Source: Candidatus Krumholzibacteriota bacterium (lineage in GTDB: Bacteria; Krumholzibacteriota; Krumholzibacteriia; JAJRXK01). From it: DNA of 64,000 bases. Made by a program: the position numbers and the translations under genes. The stretch is from positions 32,001 through 96,000 of the forward strand of contig CAWDWO010000039.1 of assembly GCA_963806035.1 (NCBI GenBank), in the 5' to 3' direction. The notes below the pieces were generated by a model. The model was not told where the DNA came from and made no database searches. It worked only from the letters and a program-made list of their open reading frames with translations. Shown piece after piece: positions 1 through 9,685 of this stretch; the first letter of the stretch is position 1; the number at the start of each line of letters is the position of its first letter.

Positions 1-50
1 TGAGGACCTTACTGTAGGAAGCCCGCCGAGTTCGGGCATGAGGAGGCAGC

Positions 51-1004
51 ATGCGCATCACGCCGCTGGACGTTCGCAAACAGGAATTCCGCAAGGGCAT
101 GCGTGGTCTTGACCCTGAAGAGGTCTACGCGTTTCTCGCTACCGTCGCCGACGAGTACGAGACCGTTCTGACCGACAACCGTCAGCTGCGTGACCGCGTT
201 CTGGAGCTGGATGAGAAAGTCTCCGAGTACCGAAACATGGAGAAGACGCTGCGCGACACCCTGCTGACGGCGGAGAGAGTCATGGCCGAGGCGCGCGAGA
301 ACGCCCGCAAAGAGGCCGAACTCATCCTGCGCGACGCGCGGGGACAGGCGCAGCACGAGTCGCAAAACAGTGTCGCGCGGGCCGAGGCCCTGCGCGCTCA
401 GCTTCGCGAATTGCGGACCCAGCGCGACGCTTTCCTGGCGCGCCTCAAAGGTCTGGCCGAAGCGCAGATCGGTCTGGTGGAGTCCTTCGCGAGCGATTTC
501 CAGGAGGACGATCGGCGCCTGAGCCATCTTCAGACTTCCACCAACGAGCCGCGCAACGAGGCTCCGAATTTCGAGGAAGCCCCGCACAATTCCGCTCCGC
601 AGACGCCGCGAAGCGAAGCACTCGAGGCCAAGAACGAGATGCAGAGCGAACTCGAGGCACCCGGAGAAGCGCAGCCCAGCTATTCCTCGAGCGACCAGTG
701 GCGTGACTACCAGGCTGGCCCACCCTCGGCGGGCCCCGGCGAAAGCGCCGAGGCGAGTCAGGACGTGGAAGAGCACGTGGCGCGCACCGTGGCAGAAATG
801 GCGCAGGCAGCGGGTGCCGAGTCTGGACAAGAAACGCAATCTATGCCACCTTCCCCTGACTCTGGCGCGGAGCTCTCTGCGAGTTTCGACGCCGAGTCGG
901 CCGAGGAGGAGCCCCTATCTGCGGCATCCGCCGAGGAGCCCGAGGAGCAGCAGGGTTCGCGCTGGTCCATCTCCCGTTTCACGCGGAGCTTGAGCGAGTT
1001 CTGA
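51..1004 (+). CDS. divIVA: DivIVA-domain protein with long acidic low-complexity C-terminal region
   Basis: N-terminus MRITPLDVRKQEFRKGMRGLDPEEV matches the DivIVA motif and is followed by a coiled coil; RBS GAGGAGG; located upstream of ileS as is typical. Confidence 0.9.
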   Translation: MRITPLDVRKQEFRKGMRGLDPEEVYAFLATVADEYETVLTDNRQLRDRVLELDEKVSEYRNMEKTLRDTLLTAERVMAEARENARKEAELILRDARGQAQHESQNSVARAEALRAQLRELRTQRDAFLARLKGLAEAQIGLVESFASDFQEDDRRLSHLQTSTNEPRNEAPNFEEAPHNSAPQTPRSEALEAKNEMQSELEAPGEAQPSYSSSDQWRDYQAGPPSAGPGESAEASQDVEEHVARTVAEMAQAAGAESGQETQSMPPSPDSGAELSASFDAESAEEEPLSAASAEEPEEQQGSRWSISRFTRSLSEF

Positions 1005-1034
1005 TCTGCTGAAGCGACTCCGCGGATTCTCCAC

Positions 1035-1067
1035 GGCCGGGCCCTTGGGTCCGGTCGTTCCTTTTTT
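1035..1067 (+). terminator. Probable intrinsic terminator after divIVA
   Basis: GC hairpin ggccgggccc-tt-gggtccggtc followed by a T-rich tract. Confidence 0.5.
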
Positions 1068-1115
1068 CACGCTTGGCACCGGATTCGTCCGGTGATTGCG
1101 CCCGGGAGGGCGGAG

Positions 1116-1934
1116 ATGCAACTGAGGGAAAAGATTCGGACGGCCGCGGAATTTTTGCGCGGACAATGCTCGAGCAGCCCCGAATTCGGACTCATCCTGG
1201 GAACGGGCCTGGGTAGTCTGGCCGATAAGGTCGACGCGAGCTTGGTGTTGCCCTACGACGAAATTCCCGGCTTCGTCAAGAGCACGGCACTGAGTCACGC
1301 CGGGAACCTCGTTCTGGGAACCCTCGGGGGCAAAGAGGTCATGGCCATGCAGGGTCGTGTCCACTACTACGAGGGCTACTCCATGCAGGAGATCACCCTG
1401 CCGGTGCGCGTGATGCGCGCCATGGGCTGCCACTCGCTCATCATGAGCAACGCGGTGGGGAGCATGAATCCCAACATCGTTCCGGGACACATCGGGGTCC
1501 TGGTCGATCACATCAATCTCATGGGGGACAATCCCCTCATCGGCCCCAACGACGACGAGCTCGGTCCGCGCTTTCCCGACATGTCGCAGCCCTATGATCG
1601 CGAGTACATCGAGCGCGCGGTCGAGGTGGCGCTCTCGATGAAACTCCAACTGCACAAGGCGGTGTACGCGGCGGTGGCCGGCCCCAACTTGGAAACCGCC
1701 GCTGAGTACCGTTTTCTGCGTGCAGCGGGGGCCGATCTGGTGGGCATGTCGATGGTTCCGGAGAATCTGGCCGCGGTGCATGGCGGCATGCGGGTCTTGG
1801 GCCTGAGCGTGGTAACCGACATGGGCCTGGCCGACGCGCTCAAGCCGGCCGAAGTGGAAAAGATCATCGCGATCGCCAACAGTACCGAACCGCGACTCTC
1901 GGAATTCGTCACGCGGTTTCTTCAGGCTTCCTGA
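1116..1934 (+). CDS. punA: Purine-nucleoside phosphorylase (trimeric PNP family)
   Basis: Motifs GLILGTGLG, HAGNLVLG, QGRVHYYEG, NPLIGPND, GPNLETAAE, VGMS; ATG at 1116 after GGAGGG. Confidence 0.9.
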   Translation: MQLREKIRTAAEFLRGQCSSSPEFGLILGTGLGSLADKVDASLVLPYDEIPGFVKSTALSHAGNLVLGTLGGKEVMAMQGRVHYYEGYSMQEITLPVRVMRAMGCHSLIMSNAVGSMNPNIVPGHIGVLVDHINLMGDNPLIGPNDDELGPRFPDMSQPYDREYIERAVEVALSMKLQLHKAVYAAVAGPNLETAAEYRFLRAAGADLVGMSMVPENLAAVHGGMRVLGLSVVTDMGLADALKPAEVEKIIAIANSTEPRLSEFVTRFLQAS

Positions 1935-1945
1935 AGGAGTTCGGG

Positions 1946-4900
1946 ATGAACCAGGCTGCTGGCCAATTCTCTCCTTATCCCGAAACGCTGGGGGGAAACG
2001 ACACCCCGGGCGCCGAGGAACGGGTGCGCGAGTTCTGGCGCGAGAACGATGTCTTCGTTCGCAGCGAACGCGGCCGCAGGGATCGACCCGACTTCGTCTT
2101 TTACGAGGGCCCTCCGACTGCCAACGGACGTCCCGGCGTGCACCACGTCATCAGTCGGCTGATCAAGGACATCTTCTGCCGTTACAAGACGATGACGGGG
2201 CATCACGTGCTCCGCAAGGCGGGCTGGGACACGCACGGCCTGCCGGTGGAAATCGAGGTCGAGCGGCAGCTCGGACTCAAGAACAAAGAAGCCGTCGAGG
2301 AATTCGGGATCGAAGAATTCAACGCTCGCTGCCGCGAGTCGGTCTTCACCTACAAACGCGAGTGGGACGAATTCACCGCAGGCATCGGCTTCTGGCTCGA
2401 CCTGGACAACCCTTACGTCACCTACGAGAACGACTACATCGAGTCGGTCTGGTGGCTCCTGAAATCGATCTGGGACAAGGGGCTGCTCTATCGGGGTTAC
2501 AAGGTCGTGCCCTACTGCGCGCGTTGCGAGACCGCGCTCTCCAGTCACGAAGTGGCTCAAGGGTACAAGGACGTCGACGATCCCTCCGTCACCGTGCGGA
2601 TGAAGGTGAAGGGAAGAGACGATCGTTACTTCCTGGTGTGGACCACCACGCCCTGGACCCTTCCCGCCAACGTCGCGCTCGCGGTGGGCGAGGAAATCGA
2701 TTACGTGGCGGTGCGTCACGAAGGCCAGACCCTCATTCTGGCCGAGGCGCGACTGAATGATCTCTTCGGCGAAGAGACTCCCGAAATCGTGGAGCGGATG
2801 AAGGGAAAGGAACTCCTCGGCCTCGAGTACGATCAGCTCATTCCGGTTCTGATAACCGATCGTCCCGCGTTCCGCGTGGTTGCGGCCGATTTCGTGAGCA
2901 CCGAAGACGGCACCGGGATCGTCCACATGGCGCCCGCCTACGGCGAGGACGACTACCGCATCGGCCAGCAAGAGAACCTGCCTACCCTGCATCCGGTCGG
3001 CAAGGACGGCCGCTTCACCGAGGAGCTGGCGCCCTACGCGGGGCTCTTCGTCAAAGATGCCGACAAGAAAATCATCGCCGATCTCAAGTCGGATGGACGG
3101 CTCTTCCAGCAGAAGCAGATCCGTCACAGTTATCCGCATTGCTGGCGTTGTCACACTCCGCTCCTGTATTACGCGCGCGATTCCTGGTACATCCGCACCA
3201 CCGCGATGAAGGATGAGCTGATGGCGGCCAACGCGGCGGTGAACTGGGTGCCCACCGGTGTGGGTCGCGAGCGCTTCGGCGACTGGCTGGAAAACAACGT
3301 CGACTGGGCGCTTTCGCGGGACCGATTTTGGGGGACTCCGCTTCCGATCTGGGAGTGCGAATGCGGCCAGCGACTTTGCATCGGATCGCGAGAGGAGCTG
3401 CGGGCGGCTGGAGGCAGCGTACCCGAGGATCTTCATCGCCCCTTCATCGATCGCGTGCTGCTTTCCTGTCCCGAATGCAAGAAGGAGATGCAGCGCACTT
3501 CGGAAGTCATCGACGTCTGGTTCGATTCCGGTGCCATGCCCTATGCACAGTGGCACTATCCCTTCGAGAACAAGGAGCAGTTCGAGCACCAGTTTCCGGC
3601 CGATTTCATTTCGGAAGGTATGGATCAGACTCGCGGGTGGTTCTACAGCCTCTTGGCCATCGCCACCATGGTGAGCGGGAGGAGTTCGTACAACAACGTT
3701 CTCACCATCGGGCTCATCCTGGACAAGAACGGCCACAAGATGTCCAAGAGCCGCGGCAACGCCGTCGACCCCATCGAAATTCTCAAGAAGGAGGGCGCCG
3801 ATCCCTTGCGCTGGTATCTGGCCAGCGTCTCTCCGGCATACGCTCCGACTCGTTTCGATCTGGAAGGAGTGCGGGAGAGCCGCCGCAAGGTGTTGGGAAC
3901 CCTGGAGAACGTCTTCGCGTTCTTCACGCTCTACGCAAACCTCGAAAAGTACGCCGCGCAGAGCGTGGAAGATCCGGCCTCGCTCTCCGATCAACTCGAC
4001 CGCTGGATCCTGAGCCGCTATTTCGCGATCGTGGAAGAGGTCAGCGAGAGTCTTCAGGCCTGGGACGCCACGCGCGCCGCCCGTTCGCTCGGAGCGTTCA
4101 TCGTGGATGAGCTGAGCAATTGGTACGTGCGAAGGAGCCGGCGCCGCTTCTGGAAGAGCGAGATGGGGCCGGACAAGCGTGCCGCCTTCGACACCCTGTA
4201 CACCGTGCTCGAAGGAGTCTCGCGTCTCCTGGCTCCTTTCGTACCGTTCATGGCGGAGAGGCTCTACCGAGGGTTGCATCCCGCCGGCCTGAACCCCGAG
4301 CTTCAGAGCGTCCATCTCGCGCCCTGGCCCGACTCTCGTCACGAGTCGCGCTCGCAGGAACTCGAGGAGAGCATGGCCGCGGTGCTGCAGGTGGTGAGCC
4401 TGGGTCGCAGCTTGCGCAGCGCCCATGAGCTGAAGGTGCGTCAGCCTTTGCGCGAGGGCCTGGTCTTCGGGCGCAGTCCCGTGCTGAGGCGCGCGGTCGA
4501 GGCCAACGAGTACGCGGAGCTCATCGAGGACGAATTGAATCTCAAGCACATCGCCTGGCTCGAAGATCCCACGCGGGTGGCCAAGGTCACGGCCAAGGCC
4601 AATTTCCGCGAGCTGGGGGCTCGCTTCGGCAAGAAGACCCCGCTCATCGCCAAGCAGATCGCCGCCCTGAACGCCGAGGCCCTGGGCCATCTGCGGGATC
4701 AGCAGAGCCTCACTCTGGAACTCGAGGGCGAGAAGATCGAGCTGCGTCCGCAGGAGGTCTTCATCCAGGAGGAAGGCCTGAAGGGCTATGTGACGGCCAG
4801 CGAAAGGGATTGCATGCTGGCCTTAAACATCCAACTTGACGAGTCCCTGCGCCGGGAGGGTCTGGCCCGGGAACTCGTCAACCGCATCCAGAATTTGAGG

Positions 4901-5113
4901 AAGGAAGCGGGGCTCGCGGTTTCCGATCGGATCTCCTTATATGTGGGCGGCGAAGGAGAAGTGGAATCGGCATTTTCCGACCACCAGCGCCACGTTTGCG
5001 AGGAGACCTTGGCCAGCGATTTGGCCGATTCGGTGCCCGAGGGCGCCGCCAGTGAGACCTTTGAAATCGACGGCCACTCGGCCGTCATAGCTTTGATCCG
5101 GGCCGAAAGCTAG
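1946..5113 (+). CDS. ileS: Isoleucine--tRNA ligase, type 2 (IleRS2)
   Basis: FYEGPPTANGRPGVHH, GWDTHGLPVE, WTTTPWTL editing motif, GTGIVH, DWALSRDRFWGTPLP, DQTRGWFYSL, KMSKS; type-2 C-terminus EGLARELVNRIQNLRK. Confidence 0.97.
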   Translation: MNQAAGQFSPYPETLGGNDTPGAEERVREFWRENDVFVRSERGRRDRPDFVFYEGPPTANGRPGVHHVISRLIKDIFCRYKTMTGHHVLRKAGWDTHGLPVEIEVERQLGLKNKEAVEEFGIEEFNARCRESVFTYKREWDEFTAGIGFWLDLDNPYVTYENDYIESVWWLLKSIWDKGLLYRGYKVVPYCARCETALSSHEVAQGYKDVDDPSVTVRMKVKGRDDRYFLVWTTTPWTLPANVALAVGEEIDYVAVRHEGQTLILAEARLNDLFGEETPEIVERMKGKELLGLEYDQLIPVLITDRPAFRVVAADFVSTEDGTGIVHMAPAYGEDDYRIGQQENLPTLHPVGKDGRFTEELAPYAGLFVKDADKKIIADLKSDGRLFQQKQIRHSYPHCWRCHTPLLYYARDSWYIRTTAMKDELMAANAAVNWVPTGVGRERFGDWLENNVDWALSRDRFWGTPLPIWECECGQRLCIGSREELRAAGGSVPEDLHRPFIDRVLLSCPECKKEMQRTSEVIDVWFDSGAMPYAQWHYPFENKEQFEHQFPADFISEGMDQTRGWFYSLLAIATMVSGRSSYNNVLTIGLILDKNGHKMSKSRGNAVDPIEILKKEGADPLRWYLASVSPAYAPTRFDLEGVRESRRKVLGTLENVFAFFTLYANLEKYAAQSVEDPASLSDQLDRWILSRYFAIVEEVSESLQAWDATRAARSLGAFIVDELSNWYVRRSRRRFWKSEMGPDKRAAFDTLYTVLEGVSRLLAPFVPFMAERLYRGLHPAGLNPELQSVHLAPWPDSRHESRSQELEESMAAVLQVVSLGRSLRSAHELKVRQPLREGLVFGRSPVLRRAVEANEYAELIEDELNLKHIAWLEDPTRVAKVTAKANFRELGARFGKKTPLIAKQIAALNAEALGHLRDQQSLTLELEGEKIELRPQEVFIQEEGLKGYVTASERDCMLALNIQLDESLRREGLARELVNRIQNLRKEAGLAVSDRISLYVGGEGEVESAFSDHQRHVCEETLASDLADSVPEGAASETFEIDGHSAVIALIRAES

Positions 5114-5145
5114 GCCCCCAATCCGGAACGGCTGTAAGGAGAACC

Positions 5146-5511
5146 ATGCGCACGCGAGATCTGGAGAAGTACCGCAGCCTCCTCCTCGAGGAGCGGGAAC
5201 GTATTCTCGAGAGCATCAAGGAGCACGATAGCCAGGTCCGTCAGTACGATGAGATCGAGGGTCGAGTGCACAGCAACCACATGGCAGATCAGGGTACGGA
5301 CGAGTTCCGGCATGAGCAGGCCATCCGACTGTTGCAGAGCGAGAATCGCTATCTCTACCGCATCGAGGACGCGATTCAGCGCATCGAAGACGGCACCTAC
5401 GGCAAATGCGAACTCTGTGGCACGACCATTTCCACCAAACGTCTCACCGCGCTGCCCTATACGCGCTTCTGCATCGATTGCGCCGAGAAGGAAGACCGTA
5501 AGCGCGGATGA
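5146..5511 (+). CDS. TraR/DksA C4-type zinc-finger protein
   Basis: HMADQGTD coiled-coil tip; GTYGKCELCG...RLTALPYTRFCIDC. Confidence 0.9.
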   Translation: MRTRDLEKYRSLLLEERERILESIKEHDSQVRQYDEIEGRVHSNHMADQGTDEFRHEQAIRLLQSENRYLYRIEDAIQRIEDGTYGKCELCGTTISTKRLTALPYTRFCIDCAEKEDRKRG

Positions 5512-6026
5512 TCCGCATGCGCTCCACCAGCAGCTACGGGCTTGCCGCCGGGTTGCTCGTGCTCGACTTCTTGGCCAAGAGGTTCGTACTGGCGCATCAG
5601 GAAACCTTCCGCGCCGGGATTCCCCTGATCGATGGCATTCTACGCTTCACCTACGTGCGCAATGCCGGCGCCGCTTTCGGCATCTTGCAGGGGGGGCGCT
5701 GGCCCTTCGTGGTGGTGTCGATTGCCGCGATTCTCGCCCTCAGCTTCGTCCTGTGGAAGGGGAGCCGCTCTCGTCTGCGTGGCACTTCCTACGGGCTCAT
5801 TCTCGGCGGTGCGGCGGGAAACCTGGTCGATCGCCTCTTCTATGGCGGAAGGGTGGTCGACTTCATCGAGATGAGCTGGCGTGGCCACGTCTTTCCCGTC
5901 TACAACTTCGCGGACATGGGAGTGAGTATCGGAGCCGCGATACTGATCCTCGCATTGCTGATGGACAAAGAGGAAGAACCGCCGCCCGCACTACAAGAGC
6001 AAGAGCCTCCTGCTCATGAGGAATGA
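5508..6026 (+). CDS. lspA: Lipoprotein signal peptidase II
   Basis: NAGAAFG, GGAAGNLVDR, VVDFI, FPVYNFAD motifs. Confidence 0.95.
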   Translation: MIRMRSTSSYGLAAGLLVLDFLAKRFVLAHQETFRAGIPLIDGILRFTYVRNAGAAFGILQGGRWPFVVVSIAAILALSFVLWKGSRSRLRGTSYGLILGGAAGNLVDRLFYGGRVVDFIEMSWRGHVFPVYNFADMGVSIGAAILILALLMDKEEEPPPALQEQEPPAHEE

Positions 6027-6984
6027 GCCGCAGCGCAAGCGCGCCGTGGCCGGCGAGGAAGACGCGGGCGAGAGGCTCGATCTCTGGCTCGCCAGGACCG
6101 ACGGTGAGCTCTCCCGCTCCCGCATCCAGAAGCTCATCGCGGCCGGCGCAGTGCGCGTGCGAGGAGAGCTGAAGCCGGCGCGACATCGCCTCGCGGCAGG
6201 GGATCTGGTGGAGTGGGAGATTCCGCCGACGCAACCCAGCACGATGGCGGCCGAGGCGGAGGTAGTATTCCGCATCGTCCATGAGGATCAGGATCTCGCG
6301 GTCATCGACAAGCCCGCGGGCCTGGTCGTGCATCCCGCCCCCGGCCACGCGGAGGGAACCCTGGTGCACGGGCTCCTGGCGCAGCTGGATGGCCTGAGTG
6401 GAGTGGGGGGGGTCGAGCGCCCGGGGATCGTCCATCGCCTGGACAAGGACACCTCCGGTCTCATGGTGGTGGCCAAGAACGACCGCTGCCACCGGCAGCT
6501 GCAGGCGCAGCTCTCCGATCACAGTCTACACCGCGTCTACCGGGCCATCTGTTGGGGAGTCCCCGAACCCGCGGAGGGCGAGATCGAGCTCCCGGTCGGC
6601 CGCCATCCGCGCGACCGCAAGCGGCAGGCGGTGGTGCCCGGCGGCCGCGCCGCTCACACCAAATACTGGGTGGAGGAGGACCTCGCCGGTGCGGCGCTCG
6701 TGCGCCTGCGTCTCTTCACCGGGAGAACCCACCAGATCCGCGTCCATCTCGCCCATGGCGGGCACCCCCTGTTGGCGGACGAGCTCTACGGCGGTGGCAC
6801 GCGCCGTCTCAAGGGAGCCCAGCCTTCGCGGCGCAGCGCGCTCAGCGCGGCGCTCTCCGCTCTCGGTCGCCAGGCGCTCCACGCGGCGGAACTGGCCTTC
6901 GTGCACCCGGGAAGCGGGGAGGAAGTTCGTTTTCTCTCGCCCCTGCCCCAGGACTTCGAGGCGGCCTTGAAGTGCCTTCGCTAG
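6016..6984 (+). CDS. rluD: RluA/RluD-family 23S rRNA pseudouridine synthase
   Basis: S4 domain (RLDLWLA...SRSRIQKLI), KPAGLVVHP, GIVHRLDKDTSG, TGRTHQIRVH, RQALHA. Confidence 0.92.
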   Translation: MRNEPQRKRAVAGEEDAGERLDLWLARTDGELSRSRIQKLIAAGAVRVRGELKPARHRLAAGDLVEWEIPPTQPSTMAAEAEVVFRIVHEDQDLAVIDKPAGLVVHPAPGHAEGTLVHGLLAQLDGLSGVGGVERPGIVHRLDKDTSGLMVVAKNDRCHRQLQAQLSDHSLHRVYRAICWGVPEPAEGEIELPVGRHPRDRKRQAVVPGGRAAHTKYWVEEDLAGAALVRLRLFTGRTHQIRVHLAHGGHPLLADELYGGGTRRLKGAQPSRRSALSAALSALGRQALHAAELAFVHPGSGEEVRFLSPLPQDFEAALKCLR

Positions 6985-7143
6985 ACTTCGGTTGTTTCCG
7001 TGGGGCTGGACAGTCTCTGGCCCAACCGCTACGCTCCTCTCCACTTCGGAGGCTTCGGCCGGACCGGAGACGAGTCGAAGGATGCAAGGACACCGCTAGC
7101 GGGGAATCCGGGCCGAGAGAATGTATGGAAAGGACGTAGGTCG

Positions 7144-7488
7144 ATGAAGATCAAGGAGCGCGAGCGTGATGGCGTGGTGGTTCTCGAGGTCAGCGGTAAG
7201 ATCATGGGGGGCCCCGATTCGGAGCTTTTTTCCACGACTCTGAAGTCTCTGGTTCACGAGAAGAAATTCAGAGTCCTCGTGGATCTCGGAAATGTCACTT
7301 GGGTGAACTCCACCGGGCTGGGAATCTTGATATCGGGTTATTCCACCATGAAGCGGAACAACGGTGAAATGAAACTGGTCAACGTTTCGGACCGTATCGA
7401 CAGTATCTTCATGGTGACCAAACTTTACTCGGTCTTCGATTCGTTCAAGACCGAGGATGAGGCCATCGCCAGTTTCGCTGTCGAGTAG
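7144..7488 (+). CDS. STAS-domain anti-sigma-factor antagonist (RsbV/SpoIIAA-like)
   Basis: VDLGNVTWVNSTGLGILI phospho-Ser motif; 114 aa from ATG at 7144. Confidence 0.88.
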   Translation: MKIKERERDGVVVLEVSGKIMGGPDSELFSTTLKSLVHEKKFRVLVDLGNVTWVNSTGLGILISGYSTMKRNNGEMKLVNVSDRIDSIFMVTKLYSVFDSFKTEDEAIASFAVE

Positions 7489-7531
7489 GAAGCACCCTTT
7501 TCCCCGATCCCCCCTGCTGAAGAAGAGACGC

Positions 7532-7960
7532 GTGAAGATCGAACTGACGATTCCGAGCTCCCACATGATGTTGGGGATTCCCGACGCGGTGATCCAAGAA
7601 CTTGGCTCCGAGCTGTCGTTCTCCCAGGCCGAGTTGGACGAGCTCTCAACCTCAGTGATCGAGGGCTGCACCAACGCGCTCGAACACGGCAACCACATGA
7701 AGTCCGAGACGCCGGTTCGTATCGCCATCGACTTCGAACGCACCCGGATCGAAGTGACGATCTACGACGAGGGCCCGGGCTTCGACTTCGAGAGCATCGA
7801 CTTTTCGCAGGAACCGGCCGACTTGATGCAGGAGCGAGGTCGCGGGATCTACATCATGTTCACCTACTGTGACGAATTGAGCTTCTCGCGCAATAATGGA
7901 ACGTTCGCCGTCAAGATGGTCAAGACGGCCAAGGAGAGTTCCGGCAAGAGCGAAAGCTGA
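7532..7960 (+). CDS. Anti-sigma factor / Ser kinase (RsbW-like HATPase)
   Basis: EGCTNALEHGN, DEGPGFD, ERGRGIYIM; GTG start inferred. Confidence 0.85.
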   Translation: MKIELTIPSSHMMLGIPDAVIQELGSELSFSQAELDELSTSVIEGCTNALEHGNHMKSETPVRIAIDFERTRIEVTIYDEGPGFDFESIDFSQEPADLMQERGRGIYIMFTYCDELSFSRNNGTFAVKMVKTAKESSGKSES

Positions 7961-7979
7961 GGCGTGCCTGGAGGATGGC

Positions 7980-8417
7980 ATGGCAGTGATCCTCGCTCTC
8001 GATCCCGGACTTCGCCGGACTGGAATCGCTCTGTGTGATCCCACCGGAACTCTGGCGCGCCCCCTTCTCACTCACGATCGCCGCAACGATGGTTCGCTCT
8101 TGGAACTCGTCGCATCCCTGTGCGAGGAGCATTCGGTGGAGAGGGTGCTGGTGGGACTGCCCCTGACTCAGATGAACGAGGAGGGAGCCACCGCGCAGGC
8201 CGCGCGTGGCCTGGCGGAGAAGATCCACGCGCGGGTGAAGCTCCCCGTCGAGCTCGTGGACGAGCGCTATAGCAGCCTCGAGGCTGACCGAGTACTGGCC
8301 GGCAAGAAAGCGCCCAAGGGTCGCCGCGACGCCGTGGCCGCCGCTCTCATTCTTCAGACCTGGTTGGATGCCCCCGGGCACGAAGGCTCCCCGACTCCCC
8401 AAGAGCCCGCTTCATGA
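7980..8417 (+). CDS. ruvX: YqgF/RuvX-family nuclease
   Basis: LALDPGLRRTGIA, VGLPL, VDERYSS, DAVAAALILQ. Confidence 0.9.
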   Translation: MAVILALDPGLRRTGIALCDPTGTLARPLLTHDRRNDGSLLELVASLCEEHSVERVLVGLPLTQMNEEGATAQAARGLAEKIHARVKLPVELVDERYSSLEADRVLAGKKAPKGRRDAVAAALILQTWLDAPGHEGSPTPQEPAS

Positions 8418-9448
8418 GGAACGCGCGCGTCAGGATCTTCCTTCTGGTCGCCCTCGCCCTGGCTCTCTCGGCCATGGCTGTGATCCACGGCCTTTTGTAC
8501 GAGGAGCGCGAGGAAGGGGGGGGTGCCACACACCGAATCGAAATTCCCTCGGGTACGAGCGTACGCGGGGCCGCGACGCGAATGGCCGAGGCGGGATTGC
8601 TCGACGCTCCCTGGAAGCTACGCGCCGTGTACTGGTTGCAGGGTGCCCGGCGCACGATCAAGGCGGGGACCTACGAGATCCGGACAGGACAGAGTCCAGC
8701 CGCCCTGCTCGCGATCCTGGAATCGGGTCGGGTAGCCTCGGTCGAACTCACGATCCCCGAGGGCTTGAGTTTTGAAGCAAGCTGTAAGCTGCTCGCGGAT
8801 AGTCTCGCCTTGAACGAGGACAGTCTATTGGCTCTATGCGAGCGGCCGCCCGCGGAGTGGAGCCGTGAGCTGAATTTACCGGCGGGCGCGACTCTCGAGG
8901 GCTATCTCTATCCGGAGACCTATCGTTTCGATCTGGGGGTGAGCGCCCCCGAGGTGTTGCAGACGATGATCAGGGGATTTCTGAGAGTCTTCGACGAACC
9001 CCTGCGTGCCGCCACGGACAGCATCGGATTCAGCGTGCATCAGGTGGTGACCTTGGCCTCGATCGTGGAAGCGGAGACGGGGGTGCCCTCAGAGCGCGCC
9101 AAAGTATCCGCCGTGTATCACAATCGATTGGCGAAGCACTGGAAACTCGAGGCCGATCCCACTGTTTCCTATGCAACGGGAATTCCCGGGGAGAAACTGA
9201 GTACCAAAGATCTCAAGTTCGATTCGCCCTACAACACCTACCGCTATTACGGCTTGCCGCCGGGACCCATCGACAGTCCGGGGAAGGCGGCGCTTTTGGC
9301 AGCGGTGCATCCCGAGAAGGGTTTCGAGGCGATGTACTTCGTGGCCGACGGAAAGGGCGGGCATGTATTCAGCCGCACCTGGCAGGAGCACCGGGCCGCA
9401 GTCCGGGCCTATCGCTCCGCCCGGCGCGCCGGGGGGAATCAGAGGTAA
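8414..9448 (+). CDS. mltG: Endolytic transglycosylase MltG
   Basis: N-terminal TM, TIPEG, LEGYLYPETY, LASIVEAE, LEADPTV, SPYNTY, GLPPGPI. Confidence 0.93.
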   Translation: MRNARVRIFLLVALALALSAMAVIHGLLYEEREEGGGATHRIEIPSGTSVRGAATRMAEAGLLDAPWKLRAVYWLQGARRTIKAGTYEIRTGQSPAALLAILESGRVASVELTIPEGLSFEASCKLLADSLALNEDSLLALCERPPAEWSRELNLPAGATLEGYLYPETYRFDLGVSAPEVLQTMIRGFLRVFDEPLRAATDSIGFSVHQVVTLASIVEAETGVPSERAKVSAVYHNRLAKHWKLEADPTVSYATGIPGEKLSTKDLKFDSPYNTYRYYGLPPGPIDSPGKAALLAAVHPEKGFEAMYFVADGKGGHVFSRTWQEHRAAVRAYRSARRAGGNQR

Positions 9449-9450
9449 GC

Positions 9451-9479
9451 TTGACGGCAGCCCCGCGTTTCTCTAGCGT
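9451..9479 (+). promoter_or_regulatory. Sigma70-like promoter for small ORF/tRNA-Val
   Basis: TTGACG-17 nt-TAGCGT. Confidence 0.45.
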
Positions 9480-9508
9480 GACGGCCGGCCGAGGAGGGAT
9501 GAACGACC

Positions 9509-9685
9509 GTGAATTGGAAGCGTGATCACTGGCTTTTCTTGGGCCTTTCCTCGATCGTGTTGGGCTTCTTGCTCCTGGGGCTCTTTCGTAGCACGACGAT
9601 GTCCAGCATTCTCCTGGTCGTCGGCTACTGCGTGCTCGTACCGGCCTATCTGTGGACGCGCTACCGCGGAGACGTGGGCGAATAG
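9509..9685 (+). CDS. Small 58-aa two-TM membrane protein overlapping the 5' end of tRNA-Val
   Basis: Manual translation (GTG start): MNWKRDHWLFLGLSSIVLGFLLLGLFRSTTMSSILLVVGYCVLVPAYLWTRYRGDVGE*; GAGGAGG upstream; below the ORF-track cutoff. Confidence 0.65.
   Translation: MNWKRDHWLFLGLSSIVLGFLLLGLFRSTTMSSILLVVGYCVLVPAYLWTRYRGDVGE

Noticed and set aside
1935..1945. T-box leader for ileS
   Set aside because: The intergenic gap is only 11 nt.
1922..4690. Long antisense ORFs (922 aa here; also 13394-15778, 30622-32802, 62658-63971 and others)
   Set aside because: They are shadow frames opposite well-supported genes in GC-rich DNA and carry no family motifs.
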